IMG/VR virus record: IMGVR_UViG_3300031673_000073
Location: 1 to 50,265 of that record
Direction: 5' to 3' (one strand)
Length of the DNA: 50,265 nucleotides
Source of the DNA: a virus
Taxonomy: Duplodnaviria; Caudoviricetes
Part shown: in pieces, positions 8,230-16,631 of the stretch
Position numbering within the stretch: position 1 is the first letter of the stretch
Layout of the letters: each line of letters opens with the position of its first letter
Made by a program: the position numbers and the translations under genes
Notes under the pieces: generated by a model
Databases searched by the model: none
The model's input: the letters and a program-made list of their open reading frames with translations, nothing else
Told to the model about the DNA's origin: nothing

Positions 8230-8991
8230 TTATACTCCGTATGATGACCTATTTACCTGATACGCTTCTATCCCTGGTACGGATAACGTATCCTTCTCTA
8301 TCTTCGCCAACGAGTTTAATGCTGATTGGTTGATAGTAACTAGATTAACGGAAGCCTTTCCTCCCGCTATGGCCTTGACCAGATCCATCATATTAGTTAC
8401 ACGTCCCTTCCAAGGACGATTGACTACCGTGCCAGATGTAGCTACCGGAGCCGCAACTTCCTCTATCGGATCTGTGACAACTGGTTCTTCTACCTCCGCT
8501 TTTAAATCATCAACTTCTTCCTGAGCATCAAGGGCGGCCTGCTCCGTTTGATCCGTGACATCCTGATCCCTGTCTTGCGTGGCTTCATCGGCTTCTTGCC
8601 TTAGCCTTTCCGCTTCTTCTTCAGCTTCGATTATCTTCCGTTCCTGTTCTTCCTTTAACCGCTTTGCCTCATTAGCTTTTCGGAGTTGATCCTCAAACCA
8701 TTTAGATCTCGCCCCCTCGACATTGGCAAACGCTAGCATAAGCGGGGCGAGGCATTCTTTTTCCTTTGTAGTTATTGCTTTGTGTGCCTCGTTTGCCTTT
8801 TTCTTTAGGGGGCCAAATAGATTCTCGATGTCTTTGATACGCCTCTTTATATCCTCCGAGAACTTAGCGGCCGCATCATAGCTCGCCTGATCGATCACCT
8901 TAACATCTACCACTTGTTGAGCCACTAGCTCCCTGGTTTTTTTCAGTTCGTCTTCTTGTTCTAAACTGATTACTGCGTTTTCTTCGTTCAT
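8230..8991 (-). CDS. Phage coiled-coil protein (Gp157/Gam-like), paralog of 9271..10506
   Basis: VIDQASYDAAA...F.P and C-terminal W...V.N...LVKA.A.G...N...LN..A......VPG shared with its paralog. Confidence 0.6.
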   Translation of the reverse strand: MNEENAVISLEQEDELKKTRELVAQQVVDVKVIDQASYDAAAKFSEDIKRRIKDIENLFGPLKKKANEAHKAITTKEKECLAPLMLAFANVEGARSKWFEDQLRKANEAKRLKEEQERKIIEAEEEAERLRQEADEATQDRDQDVTDQTEQAALDAQEEVDDLKAEVEEPVVTDPIEEVAAPVATSGTVVNRPWKGRVTNMMDLVKAIAGGKASVNLVTINQSALNSLAKIEKDTLSVPGIEAYQVNRSSYGV

Positions 8992-8999
8992 GCTACTCC

Positions 9000-9239
9000 T
9001 TATACCAGATTTAATATCTTTTCTTTCGCCTCATTTGTTATCAAGTTATCCAGGTGATCACCCGTCAAATCCTCTACCAACTGCGCGGTATTATCATTGG
9101 TATCGAATCGTTCAAGCTTACTAAGTATCACCGCCTTCTTCGACTTTTCGATGGCTGCCATTATCTTCGTATCCAGCCAGTCATAAATCTTCTCGCCTAA
9201 CTCGTCGGCTCTTTCGACAATTTTGTTTGTTACGATCAT
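9000..9239 (-). CDS. Hypothetical protein
   Basis: AAGGAG RBS. Confidence 0.65.
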   Translation of the reverse strand: MIVTNKIVERADELGEKIYDWLDTKIMAAIEKSKKAVILSKLERFDTNDNTAQLVEDLTGDHLDNLITNEAKEKILNLV

Positions 9240-9270
9240 AATTCTCCTTTGCGTTTTGGTTAATATGTTA

Positions 9271-10506
9271 TTACTTCTTGCTGCCAGTGATGCTTACCGG
9301 ATCCGTCGACTTGCGCGCGGCCCCGCCCATTATCTCCCTCGGCTCGGATACAACACCGGGAACGGCCAACTCTCTTTTGTGTTCCCCCGCCATTTCGTTC
9401 AATACCTGCATATTAGGAAGTAGAACAGAGATGTCCACACGCCCCGCCGCAACTGCTTTTACCAGTTCCGTGAAGTTGATAACCCTTGCTTCCCATTTTT
9501 GGTGAGCAGTAACGCCGTCATGCAGAGGGTTCGGTCTACGTTCCTTTACCTTTTCGGGGATTATCTCTTCCAACGAAAGCGCTTCACGGTCTTCGTTAGT
9601 GTTTTTAACATCCCGTTCTAACCCAACGGCCTCTTCCTTCTTCTCGTCGACCTTATCCTGCAATCTGTCTGCCCTCTCTTTTTCCTTGGCAGCTTGAAGA
9701 TTAGCGGCCGCGATCTCCTTCTTCGCCTCCTCGGCTTTGATAACAGCCTTACGCTTCTCCTCTGCCATCCTTTTCTTTGCCTCCTCGGCAGCGTGATCCG
9801 CTCGTATCTTAGCCTCCTTGGCTTCGCGCTGTGCTGCCTCAGATTTTTCTTTTTCCTGCTCCTTGGATTTTTCCGCCCTAACTTTCGCTGCTTCCGCCTC
9901 CTCCTTTGCTTCCCGGATCTTTCGCTTTTCTTCCTCTGCCTTCTCTAACGCTATTCGCTTCGCCTCTTCGGCTTGACGTTTTACTACTTCAATTCGTTCC
10001 TGCGCGATCCGCTTTGCTTCTTCGGCTTTACGCTTTGCCTCCTCGGCAATCAGGCGCCTCTTCTCTTCTGCCTCACGGGCCCGCTCGGCAGCCTTGCGCT
10101 TTCGCTCAGATTCTCTGCGTAGCTCTTCAAGTTCAGCTTCGCGTTTTTCCTGAGCCTCGCGTTCCTTCTTCGCGCGTTCTTGACGTTCTTGTTCTTCAAC
10201 AATCAACCGGCGCTTGGCTGTGTATTTGGCTAGTGCCGCTTTTATCTGCTCCTCGGCTTCCCGGGGGCCGGCAATGATTTCGTTCAAGATAGCTCTAGTC
10301 CCATTCATCGCTTCGCGTTGCTTAGTGATGATGGGATTAAACCTATCCGTATACTTTTTAATATGAGTCTTTACATCCTTGAGGAGTTCGGCATATTCCT
10401 CATAATCTTTTTGGTTGTTTACAACCATTTTCGCCGCCTTGCTCACCAATACACTTGCTTCCCGAACAACTTTTTTTCGTTCAGTCAATTCCATCACGTG
10501 ATTCAT
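9271..10506 (-). CDS. Long coiled-coil protein, paralog of 8230..8991 (start revised to MNHVMEL)
   Basis: AGGAGG RBS; E/A/K/R-rich central coil; shared terminal domains. Confidence 0.7.
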   Translation of the reverse strand: MNHVMELTERKKVVREASVLVSKAAKMVVNNQKDYEEYAELLKDVKTHIKKYTDRFNPIITKQREAMNGTRAILNEIIAGPREAEEQIKAALAKYTAKRRLIVEEQERQERAKKEREAQEKREAELEELRRESERKRKAAERAREAEEKRRLIAEEAKRKAEEAKRIAQERIEVVKRQAEEAKRIALEKAEEEKRKIREAKEEAEAAKVRAEKSKEQEKEKSEAAQREAKEAKIRADHAAEEAKKRMAEEKRKAVIKAEEAKKEIAAANLQAAKEKERADRLQDKVDEKKEEAVGLERDVKNTNEDREALSLEEIIPEKVKERRPNPLHDGVTAHQKWEARVINFTELVKAVAAGRVDISVLLPNMQVLNEMAGEHKRELAVPGVVSEPREIMGGAARKSTDPVSITGSKK

Positions 10507-10522
10507 CGTTTCCTCCTTTTGA

Positions 10523-10975
10523 TTAACACCCAAACGGGTGCTTGAGATCCGTCAACGATCTCATTTCAATTATTAATTCTACCAACCTATCCTCCAAACT
10601 CACATCCCTTAAACGATCCCAACTTTCGTCTGTCCACCACGGTATTCCCTTTTGTAAATATTCCACGTCTTCGGTTGTAGCTTCTCTGAACATGACTTTA
10701 ACTGCAAATAGTCTAAGCATTATCTCGCCATCGCTCTCCGCCGGGCTGTGCTCCCTGTGCGCCCATCCCATATGACAAGGGTTATGTGCTAATGGATAAT
10801 AATTCGGTCGTTCAAAAACTATCCCGCTACCATGTCTTATTTCATGGACAACGGCTTTACCACATCTACAAAACATCCACCTACCATGAATCATTATTGG
10901 TCTAGCGCACCTTGGATGTGAACGCTCGTATTCTTCGCGTTCTGGTTTTGCTTTTTCTCTATTAGATCTTGCCAT
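10523..10975 (-). CDS. HNH-like/His-Cys nuclease-domain protein
   Basis: RC...CGKAVVHEI...N..PL...CH...H pattern; start revised to MARSN. Confidence 0.5.
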   Translation of the reverse strand: MARSNREKAKPEREEYERSHPRCARPIMIHGRWMFCRCGKAVVHEIRHGSGIVFERPNYYPLAHNPCHMGWAHREHSPAESDGEIMLRLFAVKVMFREATTEDVEYLQKGIPWWTDESWDRLRDVSLEDRLVELIIEMRSLTDLKHPFGC

Positions 10976-11426
10976 ATGCCTCGCCTTTAATAGTATATTC
11001 TGCCTCATGATCAAACCAGTCCATGATAATTGCCGCATTATTTGTCTCACGTAGTTTCCAAAAACGTATTACATAAATGGCTATCAACCTATCATTTTTT
11101 TCATTATCACTAAGTATAAAACCTACACCTAACAGCGCGTTATATTTTTCCATTTCAACTCTCTGCAAATTACCAAAAGCTGTATCAGCTTTAAAAGTCA
11201 AACCCTTCCGCGTTCTGGCCTTCACTACTTTCATTTCCAAACAATCCGTTGTCCAGTATAAATCTATTGGATTACCTACGCGCACAGTGCTTCCATCGTT
11301 TGCTGTCCCTAATCCATCCCTGGGCTTTACAAATCTCCCGGGCATAGTACCTAGTTGTAAAGCTTCGATAGCCAAGGGATTATTTAGATCCCGCATTACT
11401 TTTCTATAAAGATCCCGCTCGTTCAT
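10962..11426 (-). CDS. PD-(D/E)XK nuclease, Holliday-junction-resolvase-like
   Basis: MNERDL N-terminus, PID...LEMK, downstream Q helix. Confidence 0.6.
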   Translation of the reverse strand: MNERDLYRKVMRDLNNPLAIEALQLGTMPGRFVKPRDGLGTANDGSTVRVGNPIDLYWTTDCLEMKVVKARTRKGLTFKADTAFGNLQRVEMEKYNALLGVGFILSDNEKNDRLIAIYVIRFWKLRETNNAAIIMDWFDHEAEYTIKGEAYGKI

Positions 11427-11710
11427 TGAATCTCCAATACCGTTTGCCCCGTGGCGGCTACAAGAGTATACCTATAATTTCTTTTTGTTATCTTAGTAGC
11501 AATACATAACCACTTTCCTCCCTGATCTACTAATCTCTCGCGATACTTAGCCATTGCCCTATGATATTCGGCCCATACGCGGGTAAATTGAAAGTCCGCC
11601 GTGCAGCATCCACCTGGACGAGAAACCATCCGTTCGATAATATCCGTTTGCGTCTCATCGTTCATGTCTTCAAACCTCTGTTCAGGCTGATCATCTGCTA
11701 ATGTAATCAT
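11423..11710 (-). CDS. Hypothetical protein (possible winged helix)
   Basis: AAGGAG RBS; ATGA overlap. Confidence 0.6.
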   Translation of the reverse strand: MITLADDQPEQRFEDMNDETQTDIIERMVSRPGGCCTADFQFTRVWAEYHRAMAKYRERLVDQGGKWLCIATKITKRNYRYTLVAATGQTVLEIQ

Positions 11711-11736
11711 TTTTCTCCTTTATTTTTTATCTATAA

Positions 11737-11928
11737 TCATTTTCTTAGTCCCACGTGATACGCCAGTGAATTATCCAATGTTATTTTCCCACCGTTATGT
11801 TCTTTACAGGCCGCAATAATCTTGTGTTCAATATAAAGATCCAATGCGTTCATAAAATCTCGCCCAACTCTCCGCCCGTGTTCCTTTGCCAAATCTTTAA
11901 TAGCCTTTTTGTTGATAAACGACATCAT
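11737..11928 (-). CDS. Prokaryotic histone-fold protein
   Basis: a1 KKAIKDLAKEHG, L1 RRVG, long a2 DFMNALDLYIEHKIIAACKEH, L2 GGKITL; 63 aa. Confidence 0.65.
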   Translation of the reverse strand: MMSFINKKAIKDLAKEHGRRVGRDFMNALDLYIEHKIIAACKEHNGGKITLDNSLAYHVGLRK

Positions 11929-12212
11929 CCCTCCTTTTTAAGTATATCTGATAGCTTTATCCTCTTCCCGGATTGTAATGCCGCAAATGTTGCTCTGGCT
12001 ATCTTCTGTTCTCTTTCCGTCATAGTTTCCAATTTCTTAGCTTGCGCATTTAATTCTTCGACGCTCACATCAACCTTCCAGTTGCCACCACATTTCTTTC
12101 CGCTTATAATTTCCCCACATTTACTATCAACTATTTTCACAAAAGATTCCTTCGGATTTTCTTTTCTTCTTTTCCCGCATACACTACATATTAAATTTCT
12201 GTCAATTTCCAT
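11925..12212 (-). CDS. Zn-finger protein (start revised to MEIDRN)
   Basis: CSVC...C...C; GAGGT RBS. Confidence 0.6.
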   Translation of the reverse strand: MEIDRNLICSVCGKRRKENPKESFVKIVDSKCGEIISGKKCGGNWKVDVSVEELNAQAKKLETMTEREQKIARATFAALQSGKRIKLSDILKKEG

Positions 12213-12225
12213 GCTACCTCTCAAA

Positions 12226-12334
12226 AGACTTTAGACTTTAAGACTATAGACATAAGACTTGAGACTTGAGAAGAAGTTTAGGTACTACGTTTACTAATAT
12301 GTTTAGTAATACGTTTAGTATTGCCTTTAGTAAT
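12226..12334. repeat. Iteron-like repeats (candidate replication origin)
   Basis: Six AGAC cores at ~7-nt period (12226-12268) and four degenerate 12-mers, consensus AGTAATACGTTT (12281-12328). Confidence 0.7.
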
Positions 12335-12691
12335 TTTATCTCTAAGCCTCTTCTTCCGCGCGTTTGCTTTCACCCTTTCCAGGTGATCAAAATATTTTCT
12401 TTGTTCTTCCTCCCACTTAATAAGTAAAAAGCATCCATTTTTTCTGCCAAGTTCACGAGCTATCTCTAACTCCCCTATAAGTTCCCTGAACTTTCCTAAT
12501 GGTATCCTCATTAACAAGGCAACTGATTCTTCGTTATCACCTAATCCGTCAAACGTCAGCAACCCATCCTCTAAGTTCTTAATGGCCGCTTGCCTACGGA
12601 GACGGTAAAGTAATCCGGTTGCCTCTAATGAAATACTCATAGTTGGATCTTTCCTCGGATCATCGTCAACTGACCAGTAAAAGAATTTCAT
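12278..12691 (-). CDS. Phage replication-initiator/replisome-organizer N-terminal-like protein (start revised to MKFFYW)
   Basis: KFF...D....S.EATGL..RL pattern, wHTH-like body, repeats at the 3' end, position after recombination genes. Confidence 0.55.
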   Translation of the reverse strand: MKFFYWSVDDDPRKDPTMSISLEATGLLYRLRRQAAIKNLEDGLLTFDGLGDNEESVALLMRIPLGKFRELIGELEIARELGRKNGCFLLIKWEEEQRKYFDHLERVKANARKKRLRDKITKGNTKRITKHISKRST

Positions 12692-12698
12692 AAATGCC

Positions 12699-14036
12699 TT
12701 ATTTCTTACGACGTTTGCTTTTAACAACCAAACGCCCATCTGGGGTGTACTTAGGCTCGGCCGGCTCTTTTCGCTTGTTTTTGGGGCTACCTGACACTTT
12801 TTTCGCACCTTCTAACAGACCCTTGTCGCTGGTTTCTAACTTATCGCACTTGAGGACTGTCGATGGTGTCATTTCAACCAATAGCGCAGCCTCCGCCTTA
12901 AACTTTGCAGCGTTTTTATCATTGAGATTTTCTAGAGTTTTACGCCACATCATGTCATATGTGCTAGCAAGTAATTGAAGTTCGGGTACTAAGTCCTGTG
13001 AATATTTTTGAAACAGTTTTATAAACTTCGGAGTATCACTAAAATCTCTCCCTGATCCTTCTTTGTAATGCCATACCTTTTTACCCTCGGCGTCTTTGAC
13101 TTGAACCGGGCCACGGCGTTCTACGACGTGTCCTATGAACGCTTTAATATCAGCTTGACGGATCTGTAGGAGTTTTATTGTTTTTGAAATCTTGTTGTAT
13201 TCATCATGGGCGCTTTGAGGATTTTTTATGTTCTCATTATTGATCACAAACCTACGCTTATACTCCTTACAACTTCCGTGGCGCGGGCAATTATGGCAAT
13301 ACTGATTTACTCTCTCTGGGAACAAACCCGCACGGATCCCGGCAACTACGCTATCAATATAATCCTTGATATACATAACGTCGTCGACGTTTATATCGAC
13401 ACTCTTGAACTTTCCTGTTCTAAAATAATATTCAGATAATCGTATTCGTTTAATCGGCTTTCCTGTTCCCCGAAGCATTTCAAGTTCACCCCATCCATAT
13501 GTATTTAACTGTGGTGATTCCCTCAGTTCATCTTTGGTTTTGATCCATCTGGAGTTCTTGAGGTCGATTATCCAAATACCATCATCCCCCAGCGTTAGAG
13601 CAATATCTGGGATCATTTTCAAATATAGATCTTTGTCATATTGAATCAACGCATCACTTTCAACTGATATTATAGATTGAGCATGTTGGGATATATTCCA
13701 TGCGTATGTTTTTAAAGAAGATATCCCGGCTTGAATATCATGAGGCTTTACACGCGCGGGCCCGTGCTCCTCTATAACACGCTTACCATTAAGTGCGTTT
13801 AAATACGCAGTACGACAATCGATCTCTATCTCAAGATCTTGATCACGCATCAGCTTTATACCTATTTCCTCGGCGGCTATATGAAGAACCGTTCCTAATA
13901 ATGCGTCATATCCTTTTTCGTCCTTCAGATTTTTGTAATATAGCCACCAATATAATTTAGGACACGTAGTATAGATATCGCATTGTGAAGCACTAACCCA
14001 TTTTTTAGGCATTTCCAATATAGATTTATTTACCAT
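12699..14036 (-). CDS. PD-(D/E)XK exonuclease (RecB/AddB/Cas4-like, Cys staple)
   Basis: SASQ...CP, GTVLH, PD...IIDLK, QL..Y, YCHNCP....C. Confidence 0.85.
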   Translation of the reverse strand: MVNKSILEMPKKWVSASQCDIYTTCPKLYWWLYYKNLKDEKGYDALLGTVLHIAAEEIGIKLMRDQDLEIEIDCRTAYLNALNGKRVIEEHGPARVKPHDIQAGISSLKTYAWNISQHAQSIISVESDALIQYDKDLYLKMIPDIALTLGDDGIWIIDLKNSRWIKTKDELRESPQLNTYGWGELEMLRGTGKPIKRIRLSEYYFRTGKFKSVDINVDDVMYIKDYIDSVVAGIRAGLFPERVNQYCHNCPRHGSCKEYKRRFVINNENIKNPQSAHDEYNKISKTIKLLQIRQADIKAFIGHVVERRGPVQVKDAEGKKVWHYKEGSGRDFSDTPKFIKLFQKYSQDLVPELQLLASTYDMMWRKTLENLNDKNAAKFKAEAALLVEMTPSTVLKCDKLETSDKGLLEGAKKVSGSPKNKRKEPAEPKYTPDGRLVVKSKRRKK

Positions 14037-15015
14037 CTTGGCTCCCTGGTTTATAATCCTTAGATGTTTTCAACATCGCCGCTAGCTTATCTGCCGGGAT
14101 ATCGAGCCACGATTCGAACCCGTGATTTTCGGCAATGGATTTTCGTACAGCACCAAGAGCGTGTCCTTTATCTTTGAGGATCCGGACTATATCACTTACT
14201 ATTTCAAGCCTTTTAATTAAATTACCTAAATCATCATCCGGTATATTAGTTGCCGATTCTTTCTTAAAATTGAGTTTTAGCCAACTTTTCACAAACTCCT
14301 TCGACTCTCCGGCTTCGGTACATAGCGAATAAAACCTTCTAACCCCGTGGGTTTTTGCATTCGGGTCTTCTTTTTTCTGTTTGTTCTCGTTTCCTTGATC
14401 GTCCTTGTCTTCAATGTCCTGTGTGAACCATTGCGATGAACGAGTTGCCATAATTATTGCCCCGACATATGCCCGCTTCTGTCCCATTTTCAAAACTGTG
14501 TTCGAAGGTTTACCTATAAAGTTGGATTCCAAACTATTGGCCGCTCCCTCACATTGAGCGATGCTTTCAGCACCGGGGGGATCACTTAGCCTAAATATTT
14601 CACATCTGTATGTATATGCAAACAATCCTTTCGCAAAATCCTCGGTATGCCGCACGCATACCATCTTTGTTCTATACTGATAAAACTCACCAAGCTTTTC
14701 AGCACCCGGCTTGAATAATGACCGCTTATCGCTAACCTTACTCCCGTCCTTCCTATAGATAAATCCATAATCCTTATCCGGGCCTTCCACTAAATAGTCC
14801 TTTGTGAACTTTTTTAATATAGCAAGGTTTTGTTTGAATTCAACGAGACTCAAACCGCCCTTGACAGCATGTCTTCTTTCAATGGCGGGTAATTGCTTTT
14901 TCTTAACAACGATAGCTAGAGCGGTAGATTTCTTTTTGACCTTTTTATTCACATCCTTTTTTCGTATCACTTTATTTTTTCGCTTCATAAGTTTCTTCTT
15001 AGTAGCCTTGCTCAT
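14026..15015 (-). CDS. Putative single-strand annealing recombinase with Lys-rich N-terminus
   Basis: LFKPGAEKL and NTVLKMGQKRAYVGA motifs; adjacent to the exonuclease. Confidence 0.6.
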   Translation of the reverse strand: MSKATKKKLMKRKNKVIRKKDVNKKVKKKSTALAIVVKKKQLPAIERRHAVKGGLSLVEFKQNLAILKKFTKDYLVEGPDKDYGFIYRKDGSKVSDKRSLFKPGAEKLGEFYQYRTKMVCVRHTEDFAKGLFAYTYRCEIFRLSDPPGAESIAQCEGAANSLESNFIGKPSNTVLKMGQKRAYVGAIIMATRSSQWFTQDIEDKDDQGNENKQKKEDPNAKTHGVRRFYSLCTEAGESKEFVKSWLKLNFKKESATNIPDDDLGNLIKRLEIVSDIVRILKDKGHALGAVRKSIAENHGFESWLDIPADKLAAMLKTSKDYKPGSQDGK

Positions 15016-15282
15016 TTATTCCTCCCCGGTTAGTTCTAAATATTCTTTTTTTATCCTACTTTCAACTTCAGCTTTGAACTTCTGATCCGTACATTTAACA
15101 GTATCAACCCAGCGCTTGCTCGGCAGCTGACGCTGGGGCCACGCTATAAATCTCCCTCCGTTTTCCTGAACAACTATATGAAACCCCCAGACCATTATAA
15201 TATCATCAAATGTTACTAGGGCAGTGGCTTTGAGATTCGAGGATCCATCAAGTAAGTTAATAGCAATATTAGTTATGCGCAT
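15016..15282 (-). CDS. spoVG: SpoVG-family nucleic-acid-binding protein (start revised to MRITNI)
   Basis: MRITNI...LKATALVTFDD..V.GF.IV....G.FIAWP; AGGAGG RBS. Confidence 0.85.
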   Translation of the reverse strand: MRITNIAINLLDGSSNLKATALVTFDDIIMVWGFHIVVQENGGRFIAWPQRQLPSKRWVDTVKCTDQKFKAEVESRIKKEYLELTGEE

Positions 15283-15297
15283 TATTCCTCCTTGGGA

Positions 15298-15389
15298 TGG
15301 CGGGGAGGGCGAGGATTCGAACCTCGCATCCATGCAGTTTCCCATTAGGTAATCTCGCTAGAACTCTAACCATTGAGTGTTACCTCCCC
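15298..15389 (-). ncRNA. tRNA-like RNA (92 nt, CCA end) lacking a canonical anticodon arm
   Basis: GGGGAGG/CCTCCCC-G-CCA acceptor; ACTC-AATGGTTA-GAGT D arm; GCGAGG-TTCGAAT-CCTCGC T arm. Confidence 0.7.
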
Positions 15390-15400
15390 GTGAAATAAAA

Positions 15401-15463
15401 GACGGCGCACGGTGCAGACAAGGGTTAGTTGACGCGGAGGACTCCGCAAGCACCGTGGCCGTC
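15401..15463 (-). ncRNA. Structured RNA element (long closing stem, inner hairpin, U-rich tail)
   Basis: GACGGC-CACGGTGC pairs with GCACCGTG-C-GCCGTC; inner GCGGAG/CTCCGC; followed by TTTTATTT. Confidence 0.55.
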
Positions 15464-15504
15464 AATAATAAGTTTTTATAATTGATTACCCTCGTCATGC
15501 CGAC

Positions 15505-15561
15505 AATATACAACGTCAAGAATACAATGTCAAGTCTTTTTTTACTTTTTTTTACTTTTTT
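15505..15561 (-). promoter_or_regulatory. sigma70-type promoter with A-tract UP element
   Basis: TTGACA(15533-15528), 17 nt, TATATT(15510-15505); 34 nt identical to 7881-7914. Confidence 0.9.
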
Positions 15562-16622
15562 ATTCCAAAGAATCTCCTGGGATTTAGGCAGGCTATCATG
15601 GCGAACATCTCTTCCCCGATAAACGAGATAAGCTTTAAGCAAAACTCCCGTTCGGATATTTTCTGAGTTGCCATGTAGAAATCTGTTCCGAATAGAACAT
15701 TATTTCTTATCGTTTTGTCTTTAAGCATATTCAAGAGCACGGGATGGAATCTATCGTTAGCCATAGTAAAAGAAGTATCCGTATAGATATTATTAGGATA
15801 CAATCTGATGAGTTTTTTTATATCATTGAACCAAGTATCTTTATTTGGTCCAAATGATGTATTTAAATATTTATCGACCTCACTCCCGCCCCCCATATGA
15901 GCTAGGCATATTTTGAGTTTCGGGAAACGATTTACAACTCCGATATATTGAGATGGTTCCCCAAAATAATTCCATAGGTTTTTATATCTTTTTCTCGATT
16001 GGTCTACCTGATTAAGAAGTTTTTTAATATTACCTCTCGCGTGTACCGCTCCATCAATACCGCAATGGGATATAATGGGAAGATTGTTTTCCTCAGCGAA
16101 CTTATAAATAGGATCCAACCTTCTATCCCCGGGATAATATCCTAACGCGGGATATAATTTAATACCGGCGAACCCGGCGCCGGCCGCCCACTTAACTATA
16201 TTTAATATATTATCCCTTCTCGGATCTACGCAAACCATCGGCATAATCTTATTACCATATATCTCTTTAAGGTGCGCTAGTTCCGCAAGCTGTCCTTCAA
16301 GATATTTCTGCTTAACTTTACCAGCGCCCATATACGCCATGTCCATAGAGCATGTACCAAAATTAAAATTATCGGGATAGTATCCAATCATCTCATCGAA
16401 TATTGCTTTCTGGTTCGGGTAATTTCCTGTATTAAGAAATGTCATAAACCTATCAAATATATCATTATTGCTCCACCAAGTAACTTTATGAAGTACTCGG
16501 GCGAGACCTCTCGAAAACTTGGGCTTACTAAGCCATTTAGTTATAAACGGAATAAATCCATCTGGAACGGATTCACTAGTTTCGATATGAGTGTGACAAT
16601 TAATATATTCATCTTTGTTCAT
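15552..16622 (-). CDS. Metal-dependent amidohydrolase (Amidohydro_2 TIM barrel)
   Basis: INCHTH, CVDPRR, GIKLYP, HCG, LAHMGG, YTDTS, LFGTDF motifs. Confidence 0.9.
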   Translation of the reverse strand: MNKDEYINCHTHIETSESVPDGFIPFITKWLSKPKFSRGLARVLHKVTWWSNNDIFDRFMTFLNTGNYPNQKAIFDEMIGYYPDNFNFGTCSMDMAYMGAGKVKQKYLEGQLAELAHLKEIYGNKIMPMVCVDPRRDNILNIVKWAAGAGFAGIKLYPALGYYPGDRRLDPIYKFAEENNLPIISHCGIDGAVHARGNIKKLLNQVDQSRKRYKNLWNYFGEPSQYIGVVNRFPKLKICLAHMGGGSEVDKYLNTSFGPNKDTWFNDIKKLIRLYPNNIYTDTSFTMANDRFHPVLLNMLKDKTIRNNVLFGTDFYMATQKISEREFCLKLISFIGEEMFAMIACLNPRRFFGIKK

Positions 16623-16631
16623 TTTGGCTCC

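Noticed and set aside
12699-14036. cas4 of a CRISPR-Cas system
   Set aside because: No other cas genes or array; the context fits a phage recombination exonuclease
15298-15389. tRNA-Sec, tmRNA or an assignable standard tRNA
   Set aside because: No TCA anticodon loop or long variable arm, no tmRNA-type ends or tag ORF, and no canonical anticodon stem-loop
15358-15642. 94-aa minus-strand ORF
   Set aside because: It overlaps the amidohydrolase end, the promoter and the structured RNAs; no RBS or motif
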